Shown: piece after piece, positions 39,710 through 52,229 of the stretch | Layout of the letters: each line of letters opens with the position of its first letter | Position numbering within the stretch: position 1 is the first letter of the stretch | NCBI GenBank assembly: GCA_964016885.1 | Contig: OZ024747.1 | Location: 89,342,001 to 89,406,000, forward strand | Direction: 5' to 3' | Origin: Eledone cirrhosa | Taxonomy: Eukaryota | DNA length: 64,000 nucleotides | Translations under genes and position numbers: made by a program | The notes under the pieces: generated by a model | Told to the model about the DNA's origin: nothing | The model's database searches: none | The model's input: only the letters and a program-made list of their open reading frames with translations

Positions 39710-40049
39710 AAATATAGAGTAATGTAAATGCTAAAGTGTTACTGTTGCTTAAGTTAGTCCAATGGATTGAGCAGATTATAACCGATGGCATTCCATCTAT
39801 GTTTATGTTTTTCAGATGTAGTGTGCCATAGACTACATTATCCAAAGTATCCTTTATGTAGGATGTGTTTAGAGGTAGCTGGAATGTTCTCTTTAAGAGA
39901 GATACTTTTTCTTATATAAACTTTTAGTTATCATGTATAGTCTCAAAAAGCTGCAGGCAAAAAAGGCAGGTTTTAGATTCATTAACTTAAGTTATTCTTA
40001 TTTCATATATGGACTTACATTACTGAAATATCATGAAAGTGATTCTCCT

Positions 40050-40278
40050 TTAACTCTTTAGTATTTACATTACTCTATATTTACTATTATATTTTCATGG
40101 TAAAGACTTTACCTCATATAATTATCTCACATAGTATCGAATCTATGAGATTTTGATATTATTTATTTTGAGAACAATACCTTAACATCAGTATGAGGGG
40201 CCAGTTATAGCCAGTTTGATCAGAGAGAAGTGAGAGAATTCTGGCCGGATACAGCTGGTTTAAGTGCTAAAGGGTTAA
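40050..40278. mobile_element. TTAA-flanked piggyBac-like MITE
   Basis: Colinear with 37732-37958. TIRs ttaactctttagtattta / taagtgctaaagggttaa. Confidence 0.8.
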
Positions 40279-40935
40279 CCGTTTTTATACTAAACTGCTT
40301 GAAACTATCCCTGGTTTTACGATACAATTTTAAAGCATTTCTATTTATCTCAAACCCTACCATCATAATTTTATGTAATAACCTTTATTAAGTTATGCTC
40401 CTAACACCAAGTTAATAATGTAATAATTAGAAAGTTAGTTATACATGGGGCATAAAGATCTCCCACATTTTGAAGGGATATAATAAAAGATGTGAGATAT
40501 TTATGCCCCACCCTGTATTACTAAATCTTTCCAAATTCTTGGTTAATTTTGAAATGTGTATTTAGAGTGTCTGTATGTGTATATATGTTTGTGTGTATGT
40601 ATGTATATATATATATATGTACATGTGTTTATGCATGTGTGTGTCTGTGTAACATACATATACACCAGGTCTGAACACAAAGGAACCAAACTCCCACTGT
40701 CACTGCCTCCATCTCTCCCGCTCTCCCCATCTCTCACTTTAAAATTACATACAATGTTTTTCATTAGAAATATAGCAATGAAAGAGTTAAGTTCCAGACA
40801 TATTCAGTGGTGATAGAGAGAGAAATATGTAGCAATTTATGCTAATTATCGCAACCAAACACTACTTTTTATGAGTTCAATTTTTTAACCGGTTAAAAAT
40901 TTGAACTTTTGAAAGTATAGTTATCAATGCAGATA

Positions 40936-41040
40936 ATAACTAATATAATATTGAAGAAGATTCTTACCTAATAACTAATATAATATTGAAGAAGATTCTT
41001 ACCTAATAACTAATATAATATTGAAGAAGATTCTTACCTA
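40936..41040. repeat. Perfect 3 x 35-bp tandem repeat
   Basis: ataactaatataatattgaagaagattcttaccta at 40936, 40971 and 41006. Confidence 0.95.
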
Positions 41041-41397
41041 AAAATAATTAAACTTTTTAAACAAGTCTTAAGTCGACTTATGACAAGCATTGAAGAGTCT
41101 GAAATTTTGAAAGTATTCCCACTGAATCAGGTAACTCTAATAATAGCTGATAACCATAAAATTAGTTAAATAAATCTGGTAAAGTACCTCTAGAGATGGT
41201 AAAGGTAGATACAAGGGTACTTTTTTTCCATTTATTCAACTATTATTTAAGAAAGAATTATTTTTGGTTATCAACTATTATTAGAGTTACCTGCTTTAGT
41301 TGATATATTTCAAACCCTCAAATGCTTCATAAGTCAACATAAACCTAGTTTAAAATTGTCATATTTTAGATAAGAATAATATTATATTGAATGTATT

Positions 41398-41728
41398 CAT
41401 TTCATTTCACATCCACTTTTTCCCTGCTTGCAAGGGTGGGATGGGAACTGATTCTGGCTTGATTTCTACAGCTGGATGCCCTTCCTAACACTAACCTCAT
41501 TTACAGTGAGTGCTGGGTGCTTTTTTGCCGTGGCACCTCCACGACCACTTTGCAGTGGAATGATAGGGACCCCAGTCCCTATCATCTCATTTCTACAGCT
41601 GAGTAAACTGGAGCAATGTGAAATAAAGTGTCTTGCTCAAGGAAACAACACATCACCCGGTCTGAGAATTGAACTCACAACCTTTCGATTGCAAGCCCAA
41701 TGCTCTAACCACTAAGCCATGTGCCTCC
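41398..41728 (-). mobile_element. SINE family B, full length
   Basis: Reverse complement is colinear with 13045-13385. Confidence 0.85.
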
Positions 41729-41875
41729 ATGTTGTTCATCAAAATTCTATTTACAAAGTAATATTAATTTAGTAAATTGGACTGACATACAGGTAAACAT
41801 ATATACCTTTACATTTTCACTTTGCTAGCAAAACTTATTTTGGGATATTTTCTAATTAAAGGACTTTATTTGTTT

Positions 41876-42187
41876 GCCCACACTGTAAAGTGGTTGCGTA
41901 GGTCATAACAAAAAGCACCCAGCCTAAATTGTAAAGTGGTTGTGTAGGTCATTACAAAAAGCACCCAGCCCACAATGTAAAGTGGTTGTGTAGGTCATTA
42001 CAAAAAGCACCCAGCCCACAATGTAAATGAGGTTGGCATTAGGAAGGACATCCAGGTGTAGAAACCAAGCCAGAATCAGTCCTGTATGAGCAAGATATGG
42101 TCACCTGACCTGGCATTGCTCACAACAGGACAACTCATCTAACCCATGCTAGCATGGAAAAATGGACATTAAATGTTGATGATGATG
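41876..42187 (+). mobile_element. RTE 3' UTR fragment with ~45-bp internal tandem repeats
   Basis: (aaaaagcacccagccc..a.tgtaaagtggttg.gtaggtc) repeated about three times, then the conserved RTE tail and (GAT)n. Confidence 0.75.
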
Positions 42188-42998
42188 AAATGACATTACA
42201 AAATGTTCACAATTCTTTTACAATGAAAATATAAACACATCTTTGAAAAGTTTGAGCTACTTTTTCTGAAATTGATTAGTCAATAGTGGATGTAGTGGCA
42301 ATAGCTAAGTGCAGTTTCATTTGTTTTGCATTACAAGAAGATGATATGCTGTTTGTGCTTGCATTTGAATATAATTTCTGTGCACTCAGTATAATTTCTG
42401 TTTTAAATTTCAATAATAAATATCTAAACAGTCATATTAGGTAGCTTGTATTGGTTTTGATAAGACATTGTTTGGCAATATAAAAATTAGATTACTTTAG
42501 AAGCCAAGCAAGAACTACTATGTGGTCACAGCCTGTTATGAATAACAGAAAAATCTCACTGAAACATACTTGTTGTGAATGAAGTAAACAGGATTATATA
42601 TCTAAATGAAAGATCATTTATCCCTTAGTGTGTACACTGAAAACAAAATTCAGTTGAATGAAACCTCATTTCAGACATCTAATCTGCTTTCCTTTCGCAT
42701 GGCAAACTTATTTGAGATTGTTTACACATCCAAAATTTGGATGCATTGCGAAATAAGCTTTTTTTTTTTTTTTTGACATCATAAAATAAAAATAACAGCA
42801 ATCCAAAATGATGTGGTTGCAAAGTGAACATGTTAATCACATGGTTATACTTGCCAAAATCAGTTTTGTATGACAAAGCATAGCCACCTGACCTGGCATT
42901 GCTCATAACAGAATAACTTGTCTAACCAATACCAGTGTAGGAAAATGGATGTTAAGCAGTGATGATGATGATGATGGTTTTCTCTCTCCCTTCCTCTC

Positions 42999-43084
<86 letters not shown>

Positions 43085-43088
<4 letters not shown>

Positions 43089-43488
43089 GCCGACCTTACC
43101 CAATAACACCTCTCAAAGGCAATGACACACGACCGTGACCTCTGGCGTCACGCAGTAATACAGAGTACCCGACCTCCCATGGGTACAAGCTGAAGCATAT
43201 AGACAATATGCCCCCACAACCCCCACTGCAAGGTGGTCATGGAGGTGCCACGGCAAAAAAGCACCCAGCCCACACTGTAAAGTGGACGTGTAGGCGCCGC
43301 GAAAAAGCACCCAGCACTCACTGTAAATGAGGTTGGTGTTAGGAAGGGCATCCAGCTGTAGAAATCAAGCCAAATCAGTTCCTGTATGAGCAAGGCATGG
43401 TCAGCCAACCAGACACTCCCCACAACAGGACAACCCGTCTAACCCATGCTAGCGTGGAAGAACAGACGTAAAACGGTGATGATGATGA
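43085..43488 (+). mobile_element. RTE LINE 3' end inserted in (TA)n
   Basis: Near-identical to 39290-39700. Confidence 0.88.
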
Positions 43489-43504
43489 TATATATATATA
43501 TATA

Positions 43505-43632
43505 GGCAAAGAGCCAGGACCCCTACAGTTGAGCTCCGGCTATTTAGACAACTAGAACCCACTCTACTACTCTAATTATTGAGTACTCTGGTGCGTCATG
43601 GTCCACCTGGTTTCTTACTATACTTTCTTTGT
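43505..43632 (+). mobile_element. Short PLE-type 3' terminal fragment between (TA)n tracts
   Basis: Reverse complement aligns with 45385-45465 (gcaccaga.tactcaata.ttag.gtagtagagtgggt). Confidence 0.55.
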
Positions 43633-43665
<33 letters not shown>

Positions 43666-43673
43666 TCACACAT

Positions 43674-43723
<50 letters not shown>

Positions 43724-44654
43724 TAGAATTGGAAAATATATATATTAATAAAACCAATGCAGTTTCGTTTACATGTAGGTAGATTATTATATTTAACTAA
43801 ACATGAAGCAAAAATGATTGAATATGAAAAATATTTTATAGAAAAAAATTAAGCTTGAACACAGTTGTGTTTTAAAAAGTATGTATGTATGTATTAATGT
43901 ATGTATGTATGTGTGTGTGTGTATGCATGTATGTTTGTACATATGTATGTGTGTATGTATGTTTGTACATATGTATGTATATATGTATGAATGTTTGTAC
44001 ATATGTATGTATATATGTATGAATGTTTGTACATATGTATGTATGTGTGAACCCCAATGGACACAGTGTATCTTGGGTATTTTATGCCTGAAGGCATCCA
44101 GCCCACACCAGGTTTGTACACATTGACTTATTCCATAGAAGGCAAGAGTGAGAGAGCGCAGGAAGGAAAAAAACGATAGAAGAAAAATCAACCCTAGTGT
44201 TCTACTGGTACTTATTTCATTAACCAGGAAAAGATGAAAGGCAAATTTGACCTCAGTGGAATTTAAACTGAGAGCTCAGAGATCCAGAACAAATACTGCA
44301 AAGCATTTTATTTTTCTATCTGATGTTTGAACAACTCTGTCAATTCACCACCTTCTACTCAATATAATATGCTGGAAAGAAAACATGTTTACTACTTGGT
44401 TCATATATGCCTCCAGTGTCTTAGTGCTACTTTCTGCTAGCCTTTCAATATTGCACTATATGTAAATGAACCACTTGGGTATTTTAAACCTGAAGGAGCT
44501 CAGCCGTCTCCAAGTCTGTACACTGCTGACTTCTTCCATAGAAGCAGTGTTGTAGCTAGAGTTTGTGCCACCCAGGGCAGCCATTCAGTTTGCTGCCCCT
44601 GGGCCCAAATGAAAAATACATATTGCTCAGTGACTCACTCTTAAAGTTATACAT

Positions 44655-45045
44655 ATAAGACTTGCCAACTTCTAAAACCCCAAACGGGGAGTACCAGGAA
44701 AAAAAGTGGCCCCAAATGGGGAGAAATGTGGCAAAAGGGGGAGATTTTACATAATTGTTTCTACTTTAGGCACAAGGCCAGAAATTACCCAGTGCATTAC
44801 TGGTACTTTATTTTATCGACCCCGTAAGGATGAAAGGCAAAGTCAACCTCGGCAGGATTTGAACTCAGATCGTAAAGGGACGTAACTATGCTGGAAAGCA
44901 TGGCGTCCGGCCCTCTACCGATACTGCCAATCCACCGCATAATGGAAGCTATACCCATTTTCACAAAAGAAGACATCTCTCACCGACCCCAAAGAGGATG
45001 GGAGGCCCCCCCCCCCCTGTCTAACGGGGAGAGTTGACAGGTCTG
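44655..45045. mobile_element. hAT-like MITE with nested SINE A (44752-44938, -)
   Basis: TIR-like agacttgccaactt / gagttgacaggtct. SINE bounded by a cataat duplication. Confidence 0.55.
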
Positions 45046-45050
45046 TATGT

Positions 45051-45087
<37 letters not shown>

Positions 45088-45387
45088 CTGGTCTGTGTAC
45101 AATAATAATATTATGCTGCAGCATAAAAAGAACATTATTAACTTCATCACTTCAGTATACTTACTGTAGATAAGCGTTACTGATGAATGATAATAATCAT
45201 GAAATACATATATAATGGTCTAGCTGAGATAGCTGTAATATATGATCATAGCTTGATATACTCATAGCAAGACTTGGGTAGGTTTATTATACATAAACAT
45301 ATTGTGTATAGTAGATACATATATACACCACCAGCCTCTAACATGGTGTATTAATGCTATTACTGTTATATATATATATATATATAA

Positions 45388-45575
45388 CGAAGGAGTTGTG
45401 GTAAGGAACCAGATGGACCAAAACGCACCAGACTACTCAATACTTAGGGTAGTAGAGTGGGTAATAGGAGAAAGTATAACATCGACGGCAGAGCTCAAGC
45501 CGTTTCGATGGCTTGAGCTGTCCAGAAATAGCCGTCGAAATGGCTTGAGCTCTGCCATTGGGGTCATACTTTCTC

Positions 45576-45577
<2 letters not shown>
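45388..45577 (-). mobile_element. PLE-type terminal fragment with truncated hammerhead and fold-back
   Basis: Inverted repeat 45468-45513 / 45530-45575. Minus strand reads stem II-GAAA-CGGC-ttgagctct-GCCG-TC but lacks the CUGANGA half. Confidence 0.55.
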
Positions 45578-45611
<34 letters not shown>

Positions 45612-45743
45612 TCATATATATATATATTCATACACACACAGGCACACATATATATATGTGCCTATGTGTGTATGCATATATATATATCATCATCATATAT
45701 ATATATTATATATTCATCCACACACAGACACATATATATGTGT

Positions 45744-45779
<36 letters not shown>

Positions 45780-46343
45780 TTAATGTGGTAGACATCTTCA
45801 ACTAATATATATGTATATAGAGTAAGAAGCTGCATATACTCAAGTAGAGAGAAGAAGAGAGAGATAAGAGAATATCTGTGAAGTGGAAATCATAGAATGA
45901 TAAAGCAGGTACATTATCATTATCATAGTAGTCTTGCTTCATTTAGTATCACTGAATTATGTTTATGGGAAAATAGAGAAAATAGAGAAAACAGAAACCA
46001 TAGAAAATATAGAAGAACCTCTACATCTCCACAAACCAATCCTTCTTCCCCGCTAGTCTCATGCTCCCACCTTCTCCCTGCCAAAAATATAAATATTTTG
46101 TGGAATAGGTGGAATAGCAGTCTGTCAATTGCTATTAGGATGTCTCGATTCACTTCAAAAACTTCCAAAGCAATTTGAAAAACCTTTCGGCCTACTGACA
46201 CAGAACATTATTTTCTGAAAAAAAAAAAAAAATGTTTAAATAATTTCCTTTTTCTATCTTGTACCAGTGAGCAGCAACCTGACACAGTTATCAGACAGTG
46301 GTATACATTCAGGATGTGTTGATGAATACAATTTCACACTCTC

Positions 46344-46391
<48 letters not shown>

Positions 46392-46479
46392 TTATACACA
46401 TTTAACTAGTGTGTAGTAGTTTTATTTTTTGTTCTTTGTTGGGTTTTTTTCCATATTAAATAATAATGTTCAAGTTTTA

Positions 46480-46970
46480 TCGTCATCATCATCATTATAA
46501 TTATCATCATCAAACAACATCATTATCATTATCATCATCAAACAACATCATTATCATTATCATCATCAAACAACATCATTATCATTATCATCATCATCAA
46601 ACATCGTCATCGTCATCATCAAACATCGTCATCATCATTATCATCATCAAACATTGTCATCATCATTATCATCAAACATTGTCATCATCATCAAACATCA
46701 TTATCATCCCCACCACCATCAAACCTCGTCATCACCATCAAACATTGTCATCATCATCACCATCATCAAATATTATTATCACTATCATCAATTTTACCAC
46801 CACCACCACCATCATCAAACATCATTATCATCATCACCACCACCACCTTCAAACATTGTCATCATCAAACATCATCTTCATCACCATCATTATCATGATC
46901 ATCTTTACCACCCCTACCACCACCATCGTTATCATCATCATCCTCGCCATCAAACTTCATCATCATCCCT
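46480..46970. repeat. Degenerate (CAT)n/(CAC)n trinucleotide array
   Basis: Direct inspection. Confidence 0.95.
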
Positions 46971-48021
46971 ATCAATTGAAAAGTTACACATATAGGTATT
47001 ACATTTAAAAAATCTATCCATCCTCATCCCCTTTCCACACTGACATGTGTTGGATGAAAGAAAGTCTGAAGAATGATGTTGACCTCCAGTAGATGTAAAG
47101 AATTATCTCCTAATAAATTACTTGTACATTATTCTATGTGCTATAAATCCACCTTTGATGAATTGCAGTGCACCTGAGCACTGTACACAATAGATTATAC
47201 TAAGACATTGTAAATATTTTCATTACAGCACTTTCTACATTTATTTTTAATACAATATCATTGATAAAATTGCCAAAGAATTCAACCTATCTTGTGTCTT
47301 GAATAATCGTAGATAAATAGATTCATTAACAAACATATGTGACCTTAACATGATTCTGAAGGAAAATCAGAGTGATACAGTAGAATTCACCTGATGGATT
47401 TTCTGAAGGAAAATCAGAATGACACATAGTAGGACAAACTACCTTTTTGAATTACAGTTAGAATTCATCCGATGGACTTCCAAACAGTTTCTGTCAATCC
47501 AATTTTCCTCATGAGGCTTGGATCAACCCAAGGTTGCTTTAAAAGATGCCATGCAGTGGAGTCAAACTCAGAACAACATAATCACAAAGTGAACTTCTTA
47601 ACCATCCAGCCATGGTTTAGTAAACTAAAGCTTTTCTCTCCCATGACGACAGTTATAGGCATGCTATCATGTAAAATTATAATTGTTGATGAATTTCTTG
47701 AAGATGTAAAGCTTTTATTGGACACTTTACATCTCCAGAGATAACATCTACTAATATCTTTATTTTCTTGGTAACTTAGCATATCCTCCAGACCTTGACA
47801 TGCTGATATCAGTTTATTTTTATCAGACAAATCTTTAAGATATCTAACCCTTTCATTACCCAGTTTTCAATGAAATACATTGACAATGTGTTTCAATCAA
47901 TTTTGAAAATAAAAACGATGTAGAGGAATTTAGTAAAGTAATTAACTTTTACCTTATTAATCTGATATTTGGAACATTACTTAACAAAAAAGTTCTTATA
48001 TAAAATTATGATAGAAGGTTC

Positions 48022-50958
48022 TCATCATCATCATCATCATCATCAACGTTTAACGTCCGTGTTCCACGCTTGCATGGGTTTGGACGGGGGTAGTCCCACT
48101 TGAGGCAAGAGTGATTGTCTTGCTCGCATAGGACTGTCTGGCGGGTTTTCTACAGTTGGATGCCCTTCCTAACACCAACCACATTTACAGTGTGGGTCTG
48201 GGAGGTTTTTACCGTGTTGCCTACACGGCCACATTACAGCGTGGACTGTGTGTTTTTTTGTCGTGACACCTACACGACCTCATTTGTTTCGGCCTGGATG
48301 GTGTGGCACCAACATAACTTTACATAGAAGGGGGTGGTGTGGATGGGGGGGGGGGGTATTTTGTTAGAGATGCCTACTGACTGTAGTAGGTTTTACTATG
48401 TATTTAGGTAAGGCGGGTCTTCTCTGTTACTGAGTACCGCCAAAGGTCTCGGTCCAGTGACATTGTCTTGGAGAGGTGTAAGTGTGTGAGGTCGGAGTTT
48501 ATCAGCTCGTCCCAGGTTTTTCTAGGTCTGCCTACTCCGTAGCTACCGTCTATCTTTATTGCCCTGCACTTTGTTATACAGCTATCGACTTTCATGCGCA
48601 TCACGTGACCATACCAACGTAGCCTTCTCTCGAGTAAACAACATCTGATCCCTCTTATTTCTAATTTTTTCTTTAGTTCGTTTATGCTTTGCCGTTCACG
48701 TATATTACTATTACACATCCAGCGGAGCATGCAAGCTTCGTTCCTCTCTAGTCTGCGTATATCCTCTGCACACAATGCCCAGGTCTCACTGCCATGCAAC
48801 ATTGCTGTTCGTATGCAGGCATCATACAACCTGCCTTTCGTTTTTAGGGAGAACCCTTTAGCGGCTAATAGTGGTATAAGCTCTCTGAACTTTTTCCATC
48901 CAGTTCTGACTCTAGCTACTGTACTTTCAGAGCACCCTCCCCCACTGCTGATTTTGTCACCCAGGTAACGGAAGCTGTCCACTATTTCTATAGATCCCTC
49001 TGCGCAGTTGAAAGAGCTACACCGGCCACATGTGAAATCTATGTTCTTAGTTAGCTTACCTGTGATCCCACTACATCTTTTATGCACCCATACTTTGCAT
49101 TTCTGACACAAAATGGAGTTTCTACCTACGCCTTTCCTACACACTGAGCATGGCCACTTCCCGGAAGGGACCGCCACCTTATTTTCTTTCCTACAAACTA
49201 GAACTTTGGTCTTAGCCAGATTAATTTTAAGGCCTTTTGATTCTAGGCCGTGCTTCCATGTTTGGAATTTCTTCTCTAGCTCGGCCATTGATTCAGCTAT
49301 GAGTGTTAGGTCGTCTGCGTATAGGAGTTCCCATGGGCAGCCGGTCTTGAACTCCTCTGTTATAGCCTGAAGGGCAATAATAAATAGTAGGGGGCTGAGA
49401 ACAGAGCCCTGATGGACGCCAACTTTTACGCTAAACTCTTCACTATATTCGTTGTTAATTCTAACCTTGCTGACTGTTTCTTTATACATGGCTTGTATAG
49501 CTCTCACAAGCCATTCGTCAACACCTAGTTTTCTAAGGGCCCACCAGATAATGGAACGGGGGACTCTGTCGAAGGCTTTCTCCAAGTCGACAAAAGCTAA
49601 GTAGAGGGGTTTACTTTTAGCTAGGTACTTCTCCTGTCGTACAATGAAAAGAGCGTCTGTGGTACTTTTGCCTGACACAAACCCGAACTGCATTTCATCT
49701 AGGTCAATTCTCTCTCTGATTAGTTGCGCTATTACTTTTTCCGTGACCTTCATGACCTGGTCGATTAATTTAATGCCTCTATAGTTACTCCTATCTAGGG
49801 CATCTCCTTTACCCTTATAACAGTTAACGATGATGCTACTATGCCAGTCCTTCGGAACAACCCCATTCTGTACGACTTGGTTAACTATCCGGGTGACCAT
49901 GGTGTGTCCCACCGTGCCAGATGCCTTCAGCATCTCAGCAACTATTTCCGAAGGCCCAGCCGCCTTACCCGTCTTCATATCCTTGATTGCCTTACTTATT
50001 ATACTACCCTCGACTAACACTGCTGGTCCCTCTATTGGGTCGATGTGGGGGAGACTGTGTTTCTCCCATTTATTCTCCTCATTTAGTAGCCTTTCATAGT
50101 GACACTTCCAAGCTACCTTCTTATCAGCGTCGGTGATGGCAAGTACGCCGTCATCATTAAGTACACACTTCTCCCCGACAATATCACGGTTTTCCTTGAC
50201 ACATTGTCTAGCAATCCTGAACACCTTACGTTTTTGGTCCTCGCGTTGTAGAACATGCTTGAACTTTCTTTCCTCTGCTTCCCTTCTTGCGAAGTACACT
50301 TGTCTCCTAGCTGCCCTCCTAGCCACTTGATAGTCTTCTCTACTTCCCCCATCCCGCCATACTTTCCAAGCCTGCTTTTTGGCCTTAATTGACCCCTCCA
50401 CCTTACTGTTCCACCACCATGTTACTCTCCTCCTGCCTACAGGCCTGCTCCAGCCACAGACTTCGTCTGCCGCCATCAGCAGGTTTGCCTTCAGGAATTC
50501 CCACTGTCCCTCTATATTGTCCGACTCTAAATGCTCTTCCTTACTGTCGAAAGCATCAAGTAATATGCTTTGGAATTTATTTCTGGCTGTGGGGTCCTTT
50601 AGCTTCCATATTTTTCTCCTGAGGATAGTCCTCTTCTGCTGTCGAGTACGTCTCGTCCTGACTATGAGGTCGCTAATTATCAGTCTATGTTGGGAGGTGC
50701 ATTCTTCATGGGGGAGGGATTTAGTGTTTACAACAGACACTCTGTCGCGTCTTCTGGTAAGGATATAATCTACCTGGCTTGTGTGTTCCCCGGATCTATA
50801 GGTGATCAGGTGATTGTCACATTTTTTTGAAATTAGTGTTGCAGATAGTTAGGTTATTTGCGTCACAGAATTCCAGGATTCTGGAGCCTTCCTCATTTCT
50901 AGTACCAAACCCATAGCCTCCATGGATTTCGTCGTAGCCGTCACAATGTTGTCCAACG
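48022..50958 (-). mobile_element. RTE LINE, 5'-truncated within the AP endonuclease
   Basis: GYGFGTRNEEGSRILEFC..NL...NT (EN end, frameshifted) upstream of the 778-aa ORF. 3' UTR with (GAT)n tail. Apparent TSD gttct. Confidence 0.95.
48404..50740 (-). CDS. RTE ORF remnant: reverse transcriptase with embedded PHD-like finger
   Basis: NYRGIKL, QFGF, FVDLEKAFDRV, GVHQGSVLSPLLF, LLYADD, CSVC..CQKC..WVHKRC..CGRC and RWYGHV motifs. Confidence 0.9.
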   Translation of the reverse strand: MSVVNTKSLPHEECTSQHRLIISDLIVRTRRTRQQKRTILRRKIWKLKDPTARNKFQSILLDAFDSKEEHLESDNIEGQWEFLKANLLMAADEVCGWSRPVGRRRVTWWWNSKVEGSIKAKKQAWKVWRDGGSREDYQVARRAARRQVYFARREAEERKFKHVLQREDQKRKVFRIARQCVKENRDIVGEKCVLNDDGVLAITDADKKVAWKCHYERLLNEENKWEKHSLPHIDPIEGPAVLVEGSIISKAIKDMKTGKAAGPSEIVAEMLKASGTVGHTMVTRIVNQVVQNGVVPKDWHSSIIVNCYKGKGDALDRSNYRGIKLIDQVMKVTEKVIAQLIRERIDLDEMQFGFVSGKSTTDALFIVRQEKYLAKSKPLYLAFVDLEKAFDRVPRSIIWWALRKLGVDEWLVRAIQAMYKETVSKVRINNEYSEEFSVKVGVHQGSVLSPLLFIIALQAITEEFKTGCPWELLYADDLTLIAESMAELEKKFQTWKHGLESKGLKINLAKTKVLVCRKENKVAVPSGKWPCSVCRKGVGRNSILCQKCKVWVHKRCSGITGKLTKNIDFTCGRCSSFNCAEGSIEIVDSFRYLGDKISSGGGCSESTVARVRTGWKKFRELIPLLAAKGFSLKTKGRLYDACIRTAMLHGSETWALCAEDIRRLERNEACMLRWMCNSNIRERQSINELKKKLEIRGIRCCLLERRLRWYGHVMRMKVDSCITKCRAIKIDGSYGVGRPRKTWDELINSDLTHLHLSKTMSLDRDLWRYSVTEKTRLT

Positions 50959-51234
50959 TTCTAAATATATTTATTTATTTAATCAATTTCAACGTCAGTA
51001 TATAGATAGCAAGCCATGATAGAGATGGGGAAATATCTAGTACTGCTTACTGTTGAGAAAGAAAGAAAAAAACAAAACAAAAAAAAAACAAGATAGACAG
51101 AGATAAGTAAATATATAAATAAAATAAAATAAAAATAAAATAAAATTTAAATAGGGAAGGCTCATGGGAAGCAAAATAAGCATTAAAAAGATCAAGAAAA
51201 CAGTATGACTACTTTGATATGGACAGATGTGTAC

Positions 51235-51479
51235 AGGGTCAGATTTAGACCTTGGAAGGCCTGGGGCACTTCAGATTTGGGGAGGCCCTCATACACATAA
51301 GTAATTGGAATTGAAAAGTTATGCATACAGGTATTAAATTAAAATATTCTAACCATCCTAAAACTAAAAAGCTCAGCTGAAGACACAAACAAATTACTAC
51401 GGCTGTCGCTGGTGGGACCCCCACCACTGCAGAGGGCCCAGAGCAATTGCCCACTTTGTACCCCATTAAATCAGGCCCT
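51235..51479. mobile_element. PIF/Harbinger-like MITE
   Basis: TIR-like agggtcagattta / taaatcaggccct with GC-rich subterminal gggccc motifs. Confidence 0.5.
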
Positions 51480-52229
51480 AGTTGTGTATCATAGAACCAG
51501 GGGTATTTTCAGGTAGGTTGGTATCAAAAGGGTTAAAACCCTCACATGTAGAAACTTTGTAACTGTTCAAATCACTTTGAGAAAAATTTCATTAAACATA
51601 TGATTTCTTTTTTTTCACATTTTTTCTATATCATCTGTATTTGGAACCTTGTCAATGCACTCATATTAAAACTGGCATTTTTTTTAGCAGCAAATTCTTT
51701 TACTTTTAACAATAAACTTTATATTTAATTCTATAGCTAATTCTTTTTCAGAAGCTAATGCACTTTTAAATCCATTTGCATGATAATTAATTAAGCAATT
51801 AATCATACTATTCATTAAGAAAACTTTGGTGGGAACTTCCTCAGAGATGCTTTGCATAATTTTGTTGGAAACATTTACTTTTCACTCCTATGCTCACCTA
51901 GACAACATTTTAAAATAAGCTCTCAAGAAGAAATGTTCATAGGATCTCAAATACTTGATATGGAACTCCCTATCAAATGGCCTAAGGGGGAGCTGCCTAA
52001 ATTGCTAATACCTTCAGCTGACCCTGACTGTTGTCTTAACCCTATAGCATTTAAACCAGCTGTATTCGGCCAGAATTCTCTCATCTTTTTCTGTTCAAAC
52101 TGGCCACTCATATTGATGTTAAGGTATTGTTCTCAAAATAAATAATATCAAAATCACATTGATTCGATATTATATCAGATATTTGAGAAAAAACAAATAC
52201 CATAAAATTATAATAGTATATATAGAGTA

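Larger units (their letters stand above)
47844..51536. mobile_element. Second piggyBac-like MITE family hosting an RTE LINE and another MITE
   Basis: Ends taaccctttcattacc / ggtatcaaaagggttaa. Internal sequence resembles the copy at ~2304-2795. Confidence 0.55.
47255..51880 (-). pseudogene. Decayed hAT (ZMYM1-like) transposase, interrupted by nested insertions
   Basis: Manual minus-strand translation: VNVSNKIMQ..LINYHANGFKSALASEKELAIELNI..KRI..KKCQF.YE (51880-51650), FEQLQSF (~51570), LKDLSDKNKLISACQGLEDML..NKDI (47845-47750), MPITVVMGEKSFSLL (47665-47620) and YLRLFKTQDRLNSLAILS (47315-47260). The order matches the hAT C-terminal/dimerisation region. Confidence 0.7.

Noticed and set aside
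45897-46216. Possible host exon (poly-T/CAG acceptor on minus) or hAT RWNS motif on plus
   Set aside because: All three minus frames after the acceptor hit stops early, and I do not recognise the peptide.
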